From Sedimentisphaerales bacterium (GTDB lineage Bacteria > Planctomycetota > Phycisphaerae > Sedimentisphaerales > Anaerobacaceae), in contig OY970194.1 of assembly GCA_963708075.1 (NCBI GenBank), positions 7,072,001-7,136,000 on the forward strand: a stretch of DNA of 64,000 nt. The letters are read 5' to 3'. The translations under genes were made by a program, and so were the position numbers. Numbering within the stretch: the stretch's first letter is position 1; every line of letters starts with the position of its first letter. This document shows, piece by piece, positions 1-12,982 of this stretch. The notes below the pieces were generated by a model. It ran no database searches, was not told where the DNA came from, and saw only the letters and a program-made list of their open reading frames with translations.

Positions 1-883
1 GGCGGCCGCCGGAAGTGCCGTGTGGTTCACCATCGTGCAGAAATGGGTCATTGGGGCCTTTTGCCTCCTATTGCATGGCCACGCACATCACCGGTCTGCT
101 GCTGGCGGCTCTGGTAATCTGGCGAGCGCCCAGGCAATTCGACGACGATGCAACCCCACGGCGCGTTATTGGCCCCTTGCCCGCAATCGGCTTGTCCATG
201 GTCGGTCTGGCCCTGGCCGGCATCCTGGCGGCCTGCCAGGTCGGCATTACTGCCTCCGGCCGTCTATCGCGGCGGCGAGTCGCAGAATGAACCTGCCTGC
301 CCTCGATCCTCACGCCGTGCCGCTGGTCGGTTCGCCGGACGCCCTCTACGTCGTCACCCTGCTCTTCGATTATAAATGCCCCCATTGCCAGCCATTGCAT
401 TTCATGCTCGATGAGGCGATTCGCCGCTACGGCGGCAAGCTGGCCTTTGCGCTGTGTCCGGCGCCGTTGAACAGCCAGTGCAACCCTTACATCCCCCGGG
501 ACGTGGATGCATACAAGGACTCCTGCGAACTGGCCGAAGTTGGCTTGGCGGTTTGGGTGGCCAAGCGCGAGGCGTTTCCTGCCTTCAACCGCTGGATGTT
601 CTCGTTGGAGTCCGGCGACCGCTGGCACCCGCGAAGCCTCGACGCCGCCCGGGCCAAAGCTGTCGAATTGGTTGGCCAGGCGAAGTTCGATGCCGCCCGG
701 GCCGACCCCTGGATCGACCGGTATCTGGAAACCTCTATTCGGATTTACGGCACCACCATCCAGGGCGGCAACAACGCCGTCCCCAAACTGGTTTTCGGCT
801 CGCGTTGGGTCATCCCCAAACCGTATGACGCAGACGACCTTGTTTCGATTCTGCAGGCCGGCTTGGCCGTGCCCATGCCCTAA
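1..883 (+). CDS. VKOR-like membrane oxidoreductase fused to a DsbA/thioredoxin domain; 5'-truncated by the window and frameshifted
   Basis: WFTIVQKWVIGAFC in one frame continues as YCMATHITGLLLAALVIW in another; removing one base near 66 gives the VKOR CxxC motif C-P-Y-C. Further shifts near 255-290 lead into a DsbA domain with FDYKCPHC and AVPKL (cis-Pro loop). Confidence 0.75.
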   Translation, partial: AAAGSAVWFTIVQKWVIGAFCLLLHGHAHHRSAAGGSGNLASAQAIRRRCNPTARYWPLARNRLVHGRSGPGRHPGGLPGRHYCLRPSIAAASRRMNLPALDPHAVPLVGSPDALYVVTLLFDYKCPHCQPLHFMLDEAIRRYGGKLAFALCPAPLNSQCNPYIPRDVDAYKDSCELAEVGLAVWVAKREAFPAFNRWMFSLESGDRWHPRSLDAARAKAVELVGQAKFDAARADPWIDRYLETSIRIYGTTIQGGNNAVPKLVFGSRWVIPKPYDADDLVSILQAGLAVPMP

Positions 884-896
884 CCCGCCAGCGACA

Positions 897-926
897 TTGA
901 CATCCCGGCCCGCGACCTGGTAGTAT
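897..926 (+). promoter_or_regulatory. Putative sigma70 promoter
   Basis: TTGACA (897-902), 18-nt spacer ending TGG, TAGTAT (921-926), upstream of the DUF1080 gene. Confidence 0.5.
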
Positions 927-1079
927 GGCATCATGCTTGGTGGGGCTTGGAGCAAGTTCTCCCGCCGGCGCAGTGCCGAGCAGTTACGCGTGCGCAAGAA
1001 GCAAGTTCCTGTCACGTCAATCAGGTGGAAAGGATCATCTGTGGCCTCAACCGCCCTCGGTCGTGATCGTCGCAGGTTC

Positions 1080-1835
1080 ATGGAGCGATGTTCCCACCTT
1101 GCTTTGTCCTTGCTTGGTCTGCTCCTGATCCTTCCCACGACCGGTTGTCAAACCAGCCCAACCAGCCGGTCTGAGTGGACCGCCCTCTTCAACGGCCAAG
1201 ACCTGTCCGGGTGGACGATCAAGTGCCAACCCCAAGACCAGGGCAAAGCCTTTTGGACTGTCGCGGACGGCTCCATTCTCTGCGACTCCATAGGGCGCAA
1301 AGACCACAACTACGTTTGGCTGCTGACCGAAAAGGAATTCGCCGACTTCGAGTTGCGATTGCAGTTCCAGGCCTACAGGGACTCCCCCGGCAACAGCGGT
1401 CTCCAATTCCGCAGTCGGTTTGACGAGACCGCCAACGGCGGTTGGTTGGACGGTCCGCAAGTGGACATCCATCCGCCGGAGTCGATGTCCTGGCGCACTG
1501 GCCTCATCTACGACGAGACGCGCGGAGAGCAGCGCTGGATCTCACCCAGTCTGAAGAACGCGACCATGGATCCCCGCTTCAAGCCGCCGTCCTACGTCTT
1601 CAAGTACGCCGATGACGGCGATGGCTGGAACGAGCTTGTCCTCATTTGCCGGGGAACCCATGTGAAGACGATCCTCAACGGCGCGGTGCGGACCGATTGG
1701 GATGGCGTCGGAGTGCTGGACAATGCCAGCCATGTCCGCCACAACGTGGGCCGGGTCGGCCACTTCGCACTGCAACTCCACACCGGGGACCAACTGCGGA
1801 TACGGTTCCGGGACATCCGGATCAGGGAACTCTAA
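1080..1835 (+). CDS. DUF1080 / 3-keto-disaccharide hydrolase-like exported protein
   Basis: Hydrophobic leader ending TTGC (possible lipobox); motifs LFNGQDLSGW, FADFELRL, NSGLQFRS, WNELVL, GHFALQLH, IRFRDIRIREL. Confidence 0.9.
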   Translation: MERCSHLALSLLGLLLILPTTGCQTSPTSRSEWTALFNGQDLSGWTIKCQPQDQGKAFWTVADGSILCDSIGRKDHNYVWLLTEKEFADFELRLQFQAYRDSPGNSGLQFRSRFDETANGGWLDGPQVDIHPPESMSWRTGLIYDETRGEQRWISPSLKNATMDPRFKPPSYVFKYADDGDGWNELVLICRGTHVKTILNGAVRTDWDGVGVLDNASHVRHNVGRVGHFALQLHTGDQLRIRFRDIRIREL

Positions 1836-1907
1836 CCTTGACGCTCGGGATCCGTCGCCAGGCCGTGTTACACTTCACGTGTTGATCCGCAACCGCACCA
1901 CGACTCA

Positions 1908-4688
<2,781 letters not shown>

Positions 4689-5218
4689 TTACACCTTGTC
4701 TTGGTGGCACTCGTGCCTGACGCCATCCTGTTCCCCGTATCCGGCACTCTCGACCTTGATCCCACTGCTGGGTGTCAGAGCAGATGAGGGCCCAAAATCC
4801 GAGTTCCCGTTTGCAAGGCAATCTTCCTGGCCCTGCCAAACCTGAACGCCAATGAAGAATCCAGGAAACAGAGCACTGATCTGTACCGTGCCTTCGTCGC
4901 GCAGAAAGATATGGAACAACTCAAACTCCGGCTCGCGAGATATTCTCGTCAGATTGTCCAGCACCAAACCGCGTATCGCCGGTACGGGTCCCCGATAGAG
5001 ACGTTTCGCGCCCAAGGACGAACGACTTCGTTAAACGGCCGATAGACCTCGTTGACCGGCAATCGCTTGGCCAGCTTTAGGGCTTCATCAAAGGCTATCG
5101 CCGTTGCTTGCTTCGGATCCGTGGCCCTTGGACTTGCCGCCATGTTGCGAAACGTCTTCGCCGTTCCCTGTTCGTTGTTAGTTGAATTCCTGCCGAGCAG
5201 GCTTCTCCAGAGGCTCAT
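4689..5218 (-). CDS. Hypothetical protein, apparently split by a frameshift near 5015
   Basis: AAGGAGG RBS before ATG 5218 (MSLWRSLLG...); overlapping ORF 4689-5015 continues in another frame. Confidence 0.5.
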
Positions 5219-5284
5219 GGAACCTCCTTTCACTGCGCTACAGAATCTGAGCAAAGAGAATCACGCATAGACCAACGGCAATCC

Positions 5285-6136
5285 TCATGGTGCAACTCGA
5301 AACACGCTGCCTTTGCCAATGACCATCTCGTGTGTGTCCCAAGCGCGCCAGAAGCAGCGCCGGGGATGAAAAGAGAGACGCAACGTAATGTCGTCCAGAA
5401 ACTCAACAAAGGCAGGCTCTTCAACTCCGTTAGCTTGCCTGAATTCCACTCTGACGCACCCTGGGCCTGGAGCCTCCTCCTTCTTATAAACGCCGTTGTC
5501 TTGGCGAGTAAACAGCTCGCAACTCCAACCTGCGCGCTGCACTAGGAGTAAACAACGCCACCGCGGGAGTTTCCACATGCGCATTGAAAGTACGAGCGGG
5601 GGCTCATCCTCGCGCAGATTCGAACTGCTTATTGAAATCGCGAAGTCAGGCGTAATATAAAGCCCTTTCGACCAATAGCCTCTTCTGCTCTGGTCGAGGA
5701 TGTTCTTCAACGTATAGATCCTCGTGCCCTCCGCGAGCAGGGCACGTCCCCCATCCCCCGATAGCGAGTAGATCTCATACCTAATAGTCTCGCCACGTGG
5801 TTCTTCTGCGCAGGACGTGCGGATACTCTGAGCCACAGATCGCGGCGATACGCCCCTGTCTTCTCCTTGCTTCTGACTGCTCAGTTGCCCGAACATGAGC
5901 AGATAACCACCGCCTTTGCTGGGATCGTTTGTCTCGAGGCGATACGCGCCACTGGCTACCGCCTCATAGTGAGCCGAGGTCATCTTCTCGCCGGACACCA
6001 TCTCTCCCGCCACGATCGTTCTCAGCCTCATTTCGTTCTTTGCAGTCTCGAGGTCAGCCACCCAAAGGCCGCGTATATGTCCATCTTCATCTTTAACAAG
6101 CGCCCACGGTTGCGTACCTTTCCTGTCAATCTGCAT
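5285..6136 (-). CDS. Hypothetical protein
   Basis: Long open frame (open to 6217); GGAG RBS before ATG 6136; no recognised motif. Confidence 0.55.
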   Translation of the reverse strand: MQIDRKGTQPWALVKDEDGHIRGLWVADLETAKNEMRLRTIVAGEMVSGEKMTSAHYEAVASGAYRLETNDPSKGGGYLLMFGQLSSQKQGEDRGVSPRSVAQSIRTSCAEEPRGETIRYEIYSLSGDGGRALLAEGTRIYTLKNILDQSRRGYWSKGLYITPDFAISISSSNLREDEPPLVLSMRMWKLPRWRCLLLVQRAGWSCELFTRQDNGVYKKEEAPGPGCVRVEFRQANGVEEPAFVEFLDDITLRLSFHPRRCFWRAWDTHEMVIGKGSVFRVAP

Positions 6137-6244
6137 GGGTATCTCCCGCACCTGCTTGACCCCTCGCTTTCTGTCCCGCGTCTGGAATCCTAATAGAGCC
6201 GTTACTCGGACCATCACCAGATAGGGACATTGTTACGTCCCTTT

Positions 6245-7009
6245 CTACACGGTATACCGTCGTGCTCGTCCTTTGATTTTGGCAACTGCGTTCTTGGCTA
6301 TGTCGCAGACTTCCGGATCAGTCTGCATTGCGTCAAGCAGCGGAATCGCCTCTGCTGCCAATCCGCCGATCTCTCCAAGCGTGAAGGCGGCACTCTCCCG
6401 AACATCACTATCCTGGTCCTGTAGTGCTTTAATAAGTGGCCCCACGGCTGGCTCCCCAAGCGATGCCAACAAGATCATGGCATTGCCGCGTTGCTTCGGC
6501 TCAGCCCTGAACTGACCAATTAGATCCTTTATGTAAGGTACCAACGCAGACCCCCCAATCCACTGCAGGAGAATGAGCGCATGGCCTCCAGAACCTCCTT
6601 GGCCTCGGAGTTGACTGATCAGTTGCTTTATGTGGGGCGCTAAAGCTGGCTGTCCAAGTTTCTGCAACAAGTTGGATGCCATCGCACCGCCTTCTCCCGG
6701 GAGCTTCTCGATCAATTCCTTGACGTGATGCGCAGCGACCTTCTCGAGAACACAAGCAGCACCAGCATCACCGGGCGTGCCCAGCGCATCGAGCAGGTCG
6801 GGAACGGCAACTTCCCCCATTTCTTTAAGAGCAATACTTGAATACACCCGGCCAGGGCCGTGCAGAGCATCTATCAAGTAGTGGATAGCTCTCTGGCCTT
6901 GTGCGGCGATAGCTCTAGCTGCCGCCATTCGTGTCTCATCACTGACCCAAAACCTCCATTTGGGCGCGTTCAACGTTTGGAGCAGTTCTTCGATCTCAGA
7001 TGGTTCCAT
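6245..7009 (-). CDS. HEAT-repeat (PBS lyase-like) protein
   Basis: Repeated LxxLGxxAVxxLIxAL units, e.g. LASLGEPAVGPLIKALQDQDSDVRESAAFTLGEIG; GGAG RBS. Confidence 0.85.
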   Translation of the reverse strand: MEPSEIEELLQTLNAPKWRFWVSDETRMAAARAIAAQGQRAIHYLIDALHGPGRVYSSIALKEMGEVAVPDLLDALGTPGDAGAACVLEKVAAHHVKELIEKLPGEGGAMASNLLQKLGQPALAPHIKQLISQLRGQGGSGGHALILLQWIGGSALVPYIKDLIGQFRAEPKQRGNAMILLASLGEPAVGPLIKALQDQDSDVRESAAFTLGEIGGLAAEAIPLLDAMQTDPEVCDIAKNAVAKIKGRARRYTV

Positions 7010-7047
7010 AGATTGCACTCCAGCCAACAAAGGGAATCCGAGGCAGT

Positions 7048-7398
7048 TCACGGTAAGGGATATTCGAACGGCCTATCCTCGTTGTCACAAGCATGACAGG
7101 TCCAGTATCGCTTCTGTCCTTTCGCAATTGCTTCACGGATTATCTTGGCCGTTTCCTGTGCCTTCTTCCGGCCGCGTGCCAACGCCTCCGGAGTCCAGTC
7201 TTCCATTGAAGCCACGAGATCCGTCCGAACCGGAACGGAACCGTCGGTGACGATCACAGTCGCCTTGGCCAACTGGAACCCTTGCTCCGTCGTCACAATG
7301 GTCGCATCTTCACCCACCCTGTAGATGTGTCCACACAAAGGGCAAGTCAGCACCCATGCTGCTTGCCCACGACCAAAAAGCGATTTGAATAATCCCAT
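7048..7398 (-). CDS. Small zinc-ribbon-like hypothetical protein
   Basis: CPLC...CHAC pair; N-terminus MGLFKSLFG. Confidence 0.7.
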   Translation of the reverse strand: MGLFKSLFGRGQAAWVLTCPLCGHIYRVGEDATIVTTEQGFQLAKATVIVTDGSVPVRTDLVASMEDWTPEALARGRKKAQETAKIIREAIAKGQKRYWTCHACDNEDRPFEYPLP

Positions 7399-7454
7399 TT
7401 CTTACCTGCCTCGGGGAGAATCAAAGCCGTCGGGTAAAGTTCTCATCCCTGCCA

Positions 7455-8006
7455 TCACAAGCCAACCTTTGCTCTCTCTGTCGCAGTCAAGAGGTCAGTC
7501 GGTAGAACGTATAATGGGTCAAAGCCAAGAGCCTCCTTGTCTGGAAACAGTGTGAATTGACAGGCAAACTCAGTTCCATCCCAGAAGAATTGGAAATGCA
7601 TATAGTGGTGGTGAGGGAAGTCACGTTGAACAGCACTCATTGTCGAGTTGAGATAGTCGAAGTACCCGCCGCCGTAGTATGCTTGCCTAGCCTCTTCGAC
7701 AGAGCATGGGAAAACCGAGACGCCGATGAAAAGATCATCCATCGAAGCCCCGCAACTATGCCTTTCGGCGTCCATCAGCGCCTCCTTCATCTTCACCACA
7801 GCAGATCCGCAGATGAATGCCCAGTGCTCCTCCTTCAGTCCCGCAACAGCCGCACGAGCCCAGTCGGCGGCACGACCTGACGGCGATGCTAGCATAACGC
7901 GGGTAAGGTGCTTTTGCACAAGTGTGCTTGGCTGGAATGATCCAATTGCCTCCTGTCGTTCAGAGGTTTTCTTAGTGGCACCAAAGATCGACTTGAATAG
8001 TCCCAT
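7455..8006 (-). CDS. Hypothetical protein
   Basis: 183-aa ORF with GGAG RBS; N-terminus MGLFKSIFG. Confidence 0.7.
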   Translation of the reverse strand: MGLFKSIFGATKKTSERQEAIGSFQPSTLVQKHLTRVMLASPSGRAADWARAAVAGLKEEHWAFICGSAVVKMKEALMDAERHSCGASMDDLFIGVSVFPCSVEEARQAYYGGGYFDYLNSTMSAVQRDFPHHHYMHFQFFWDGTEFACQFTLFPDKEALGFDPLYVLPTDLLTATERAKVGL

Positions 8007-8104
8007 CTATCATACTCCCTCTGGGAATCCCGTTCACCATCTGCTTATTTTGGCGCTTGGCGGTCCGATTCGACGCTCGCACATCCCGGCATCCGAAAAC
8101 AAAC

Positions 8105-8128
8105 TGGGACGTGCTTACTCACGTCCCA
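8105..8128. repeat. Perfect 9-bp inverted repeat in a divergent intergenic region
   Basis: TGGGACGTG-cttact-CACGTCCCA. Confidence 0.55.
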
Positions 8129-8496
8129 CAACAGGCACTGGCATGCCTACGCAAGAACGCTTTCGGCACGCCCCAATGCGGGTGCACCTTAGCGCTGCCT
8201 TGTGTCTGAAATTGCCAGTTTCGATGTGGACAGCAGCCGAAGCTACGCAACTGTCATGTAGTGGAAATCAGTTATCCGTTTCTCTCAATGCCTCCATTTC
8301 GAGCGTCTCTTGCCGGTCATGAGCCGGGAATCCCCCGACTTTCAAAACCGGGCTGACATTTTAAGCGAGCCCGCTCAATATGCCAAGGGGACCCGAGCAT
8401 GATTTTTTCACGTTCTTGACATTTTTCATATCTCACTTCAGTGTTTGTGTCGGTGATAAGATAAGAAGAACGTAACCGAAACAGCACGGATTGGCT

Positions 8497-9030
8497 ATGG
8501 GTCAGGACAAACGCACTCTGGACTTCCTGGGGCTCTTCGTGCGGCACCAGCAGGAGATCTATGCCTACATCCTGACTCTGGTGCCCCACGTGAATGACGC
8601 GGATGATTTGTTCCAGGACGGGATGACCGTAATGTGGCGGAAGTTCGATCAGTTCAAGCCGGGGACGAACTTCGCCGCCTGGGGCATTCAAATCATGCGT
8701 TATCAGATTCTCGAGTACCGTCGCAACCTGGCCCGCAGCAAACGAGTCTTGATGGGGGATGCGTTGTTCGATGCACTGATGGACCACATGCCCACTATTC
8801 AGGACGAACTGGCCGCTCGTATAGAGGCCCTGCGCAAGTGTCAGGCCCTCCTGGATGATCGGGCCAAGCGGATCATCAAGATGCGTTATGAGCACAACAC
8901 CCCGGTCGAGGAGGTCGCTTCCTACCTGAAGGTATCTCGCCGTCACGTCTACCACATTCTCGGCCAGATCAATAGTGTGCTGCTGCGATGCATGCGTAGG
9001 ACCTTGGCAGAAGGGAGCCATCCGGTATGA
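8497..9030 (+). CDS. ECF sigma-70 factor (Rhodopirellula/Verrucomicrobium-type)
   Basis: Region 2 IYAYILTLVP...DADDLFQ...WRKFDQF...FAAW and region 4 HTH; overlaps the downstream anti-sigma (ATGA). Confidence 0.93.
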   Translation: MGQDKRTLDFLGLFVRHQQEIYAYILTLVPHVNDADDLFQDGMTVMWRKFDQFKPGTNFAAWGIQIMRYQILEYRRNLARSKRVLMGDALFDALMDHMPTIQDELAARIEALRKCQALLDDRAKRIIKMRYEHNTPVEEVASYLKVSRRHVYHILGQINSVLLRCMRRTLAEGSHPV

Positions 9031-10577
9031 GTATGCCTCCTTTCCCGGACATGGATGAGCTGTTGCAGCGTCTGCTGGACGATCAGATTGAGCCCGACGA
9101 GATGCAGCGTCTTGGGAAGGCCATACGTGAGGACCCCCGAGTGCGGGACTATTATGTCGATAGCATGTTGGCCTGTGCCGTGATCCGCCGCTCCAGTCAA
9201 GTGACCGGGGAACTTTCCAAGTCGGATCTGATCCAGGCGCTCTCAAGCGGCACAAGTCAGGGCGGTTCCAAACGTGTTGTGCGGCACCTCTATGCGATCG
9301 CGGCGATCCTGATACTTGGGACCTTGATCATTGGGTCTCTGAGCTTGTTTCGGCATAAGGCTCAAGGCCCGGCGATTGGCAGCCTGGCCGGCGAGTATGA
9401 GGCTCAATGGCGAGGGTCTCATCCGCGTCCAGGCGAACTCCTGTACGTCGGTCCTTACGATCTGCGCGAGGGTGTGGCAAAGATGGATCTGGACCAGGGG
9501 ACGAGCCTCCTGCTCGAAGCTCCTTGCCAGGTCGAACTGATGGGTGTTGGGGAAGTGACCCTGAGAAATGGCAGGCTTGCCGCGGTGGTCCCTCCACAGG
9601 CAAAGGGTTTTCGAGTGCGAACACGCACGGCCCTCATTACAGACCTGGGTACGGAATTCGGCGTGATCGCCCGCTCCGACGGGAGCACCGAGGCCCATGT
9701 TCTGAAAGGTCAGATCACCGTAGCTCTCGATCCGAACCGATCGGGTCGGGCGACATCGCTCATTGTGAGTGAAGGGCAGGCCACGGCAGTTGACGTAAGC
9801 GGACGGACGATTCGAGGCGGGCTAGCGGCTCGGGCGGACCTCTTCCTCCTCCAACTGCCACCGTCCAGCCAGCCCTCCAGTCCGGTAGGACGACTGAATC
9901 TCGCCGACATCGTGGGCGGAGGCAACGGCCGTGGCACCGGCAGGTTGGATCGAGGCATCGATTTAGGGACCGGCCAGGCCTTCAAGGGTCCCGCGACTAC
10001 GATTCGGCGATCCCGGCGAAACGAGTTCCGGCCGTCGCCGCAGCTTCGTGGCGTTGACGGTGTGTTCGTGCCCAACGGAGCCTTGGGCCCGGTCGTGATC
10101 AGCTCCACCGGATTGACCTTCTCCCAGTGCCCTCAGACGACAGGAAGCTACTATGGTGGCCCGGCCAATAGCGGCAAGTTCTTTGACATCCCCAGTCAAC
10201 AGACCTATACGGTCCGGTTCCATGGCATCAGTTTTGACACGCCTGCACATCCGGCCTTGACCCTCCATCCCAATGCCGGTATCACCTTCGACCTGGACCA
10301 GATTCGCCAGGACAATCCCGATATTCAGATCAGTCGGCTCACCGCCGTGTGCGGCATCCCAAAGGACTTGCCTCACTCTCAGTTCAGCGACGCGGACGTT
10401 TGGGTTCTTCTGGATGGCGTCGTTCGTCTGCACCTGCGCTATCCTGCGGAGCAGAGCGTTATTGAGAAGGTGGACGTACCGATCACCGCCCAGATACGAT
10501 TCCTGACGCTGGTCACTACCTGCTCTGGGCGCGCGGACTATTCCTGGATATTCTTTGGCGATCCGTTTCTGCAGTAA
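9027..10577 (+). CDS. FecR-family anti-sigma factor with C-terminal NPCBM/NEW2-like domain
   Basis: One TM helix; FecR motif GFRVRT...ITDLGTEFGV...TEAHVLKG; C-terminal VWVLLDG...RFLTLVTT...WIFFGDP. Confidence 0.88.
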   Translation: MSMPPFPDMDELLQRLLDDQIEPDEMQRLGKAIREDPRVRDYYVDSMLACAVIRRSSQVTGELSKSDLIQALSSGTSQGGSKRVVRHLYAIAAILILGTLIIGSLSLFRHKAQGPAIGSLAGEYEAQWRGSHPRPGELLYVGPYDLREGVAKMDLDQGTSLLLEAPCQVELMGVGEVTLRNGRLAAVVPPQAKGFRVRTRTALITDLGTEFGVIARSDGSTEAHVLKGQITVALDPNRSGRATSLIVSEGQATAVDVSGRTIRGGLAARADLFLLQLPPSSQPSSPVGRLNLADIVGGGNGRGTGRLDRGIDLGTGQAFKGPATTIRRSRRNEFRPSPQLRGVDGVFVPNGALGPVVISSTGLTFSQCPQTTGSYYGGPANSGKFFDIPSQQTYTVRFHGISFDTPAHPALTLHPNAGITFDLDQIRQDNPDIQISRLTAVCGIPKDLPHSQFSDADVWVLLDGVVRLHLRYPAEQSVIEKVDVPITAQIRFLTLVTTCSGRADYSWIFFGDPFLQ

Positions 10578-10604
10578 GTATTCACTCTTTGGGAGGCTCG
10601 TGTC

Positions 10605-12914
10605 ATGACTGGCACACATCCTACGCTCCTCGCGTTGCTTCTGATCCTATCCGGCAATGTCGCTATCGCGCAGCCGCCGGCGGAGCCGCTGAGCTTGTGG
10701 TATCGCCAGCCGGCCAAGCAGTGGGTCGAGGCTTTGGCGGTGGGCAACGGGCGGCTCGGGGCGATGGTCTTTGGCGGTGTGGCGCAAGAGCGAATCCAAT
10801 TGAATGAAGATACGCTCTGGGCCGGCGGACCGTACGACCCGGCCAATCCCGATGCGCTTGAGGCATTGCCCAAGGTGCGGGAATTGATTTTCGCCGGCCG
10901 GTATCGGGAGGCCGGCAATTTGATCGGTCAGAAGATGATGGCCAAGCCCCTGACTCAAATGGCTTATCAGTGCGTGGGGGACCTGGTACTGGAGTTTCCG
11001 GACGCCAATGGCGTGACGGACTATCGGCGAGACCTCAACCTGGATACGGCCGTGGCCACGGTTGCGTATACGATCGATGGCGCGCGCTACACGCGAGAAG
11101 TCTTCTCCAGCCCCATAGATCAGGTCATCGTGATTCGCTTGAAAGCGGACAAGCCCGGCAAGGTCACGTTCACGGCCAGTATGAAAACGCCACAGAAGGC
11201 GTCGGTGACGGTGGAATCGCCCAATACTCTGGTGATGCAAGGCGCCAACGGAGGGGTTCGGGGGCTTGCCGGCGCACTGAAATATCAGGCCCGCGTGGCC
11301 GTTGCGGCTTCAGGTGGGCGGATTGTGCTAGGCGAGGACCAGATCACCGTCACCGAAGCGGATTCCGCCTTGCTGCTGATCGCGGCGGCGACCAGCTACA
11401 AGAGCTTCAAAGACGTGACCGGTGACCCCGAAGCGCTGACTAAAGGCGCCATCGACAAGGCAAGCAAGAAGTCTTTCGAGACGATGCTCAAGGACCATAC
11501 GGTTGCACATCAGGCGCTGTTTCGTCGCGTGACGCTGGACCTCGGCACGACTCCGGCTGCCCAACGTCCAACGGATGAGCGAATCCGCGATCCCAATAAG
11601 GTGAACGATCCACAACTGGCAGCCCTCTATTTCCAGTTCGGCCGGTATCTGCTGATCAGCAGTTCGCGGCCGGGCTGTCAGCCGGCGAATCTCCAGGGCA
11701 TCTGGAATGACAGCATGAACCCGCCGTGGCAAAGCAAGTACACCATCAACATCAATACTGAGATGAACTACTGGCCGGCCGAGCCGACGAACCTTGGCGA
11801 GTGCGTCGAGCCGCTCGTGGCGATGGTGATGGATCTCACCGAGACCGGCGCCCGCACGGCCAAGACCATGTACAACGCCGGCGGCTGGGTCACCCATCAC
11901 AACACCGACCTGTGGCGGGCCTCTGCTCCGATCGACGGTCCTCAGTGGGGCATGTGGCCGATGGGGGGGGCGTGGCTGTGCCTGCACCTGTGGGATCACT
12001 ACGATTATTCCCGTGACAAGGAGTACCTGGCCAGGGTCTATCCGGCCATGAAGGGGGCGGCGCAGTTCTTTCTCGATACGCTGGTCGAAGAACCCACACA
12101 CAAGTGGCTGGTGACGTGCCCGTCGCTGTCGCCGGAAAATGGGCATCCGTTCGGCACGAGCGTCTGTGCGGGACCCACGATGGACATGCAAATCCTGCGC
12201 GACCTGTTCACCAACTGCATCCGGGCGGCAGAGATCCTGGGCGTCGATGAAGATTTCCGCAAGCAAGCGACCGCCACCCGTCAGCGTCTGGCTCCGAACC
12301 AGATCGGCAGCGCCGGCCAACTCCAGGAATGGCTGGAGGATTGGGACATGAAGGCGCCGGAGATTCACCACCGCCATGTCTCGCACCTCTATGGTTCATA
12401 CCCGAGTGATCAGATTCATGTACGGACCACGCCGGACCTGGCGACCGCCGCTCGCAAGAGTCTGGAGATTCGCGGCGACGAAGCCACCGGCTGGGGCATC
12501 GGCTGGCGGCTGAACCTCTGGGCCCGCCTTCATGACGGCGAGCACGCCTATAAGATCCTCACTATGCTCCTGAGGTCAGAGCGGACCTACCCGAACATGT
12601 TCGACGCCCATCCACCGTTCCAGATCGACGGCAACTTCGGCGGCACCTCCGGCATCGGCGAGATGCTCCTGCAAAGTTGCGCGGGCGAGATTGAGTTGCT
12701 GCCGGCCCTGCCCAGAGCTTGGCCCAACGGCTCCGTCAAGGGCCTTCGCGCCCGCGGCGGCTTCGAACTGGACGTCCAGTGGAAGGAGAGTAAGCTCGTC
12801 AACGTAACCGTGCGTTCGCTCGCCGGCGGGTCCTGCCGGCTTCGCTACGGCGCCGTCACACGAGATTTGAGCTTGGCGAAGGGCCAGAGTGCTCAGTGGG
12901 ATGGAATCAAATGA
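10605..12914 (+). CDS. GH95 alpha-L-fucosidase/alpha-L-galactosidase
   Basis: LWYRQPA...GNGRLGAM, YFQFGRYLLISSSR, NINTEMNYW, HRHVSHL, PPFQIDGNFG; signal peptide. Confidence 0.95.
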   Translation: MTGTHPTLLALLLILSGNVAIAQPPAEPLSLWYRQPAKQWVEALAVGNGRLGAMVFGGVAQERIQLNEDTLWAGGPYDPANPDALEALPKVRELIFAGRYREAGNLIGQKMMAKPLTQMAYQCVGDLVLEFPDANGVTDYRRDLNLDTAVATVAYTIDGARYTREVFSSPIDQVIVIRLKADKPGKVTFTASMKTPQKASVTVESPNTLVMQGANGGVRGLAGALKYQARVAVAASGGRIVLGEDQITVTEADSALLLIAAATSYKSFKDVTGDPEALTKGAIDKASKKSFETMLKDHTVAHQALFRRVTLDLGTTPAAQRPTDERIRDPNKVNDPQLAALYFQFGRYLLISSSRPGCQPANLQGIWNDSMNPPWQSKYTININTEMNYWPAEPTNLGECVEPLVAMVMDLTETGARTAKTMYNAGGWVTHHNTDLWRASAPIDGPQWGMWPMGGAWLCLHLWDHYDYSRDKEYLARVYPAMKGAAQFFLDTLVEEPTHKWLVTCPSLSPENGHPFGTSVCAGPTMDMQILRDLFTNCIRAAEILGVDEDFRKQATATRQRLAPNQIGSAGQLQEWLEDWDMKAPEIHHRHVSHLYGSYPSDQIHVRTTPDLATAARKSLEIRGDEATGWGIGWRLNLWARLHDGEHAYKILTMLLRSERTYPNMFDAHPPFQIDGNFGGTSGIGEMLLQSCAGEIELLPALPRAWPNGSVKGLRARGGFELDVQWKESKLVNVTVRSLAGGSCRLRYGAVTRDLSLAKGQSAQWDGIK

Positions 12915-12982
12915 CGAATGATCGTCCGTCTACCGGCCGCAGCGGGGAACTGATGTGGACTGATCGTTTGAGGAGTATTGCC

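Noticed and set aside
8139..8156. Sigma54 promoter (TGGCA...GC)
   Set aside because: GG-to-GC spacing is 9, not the required 10
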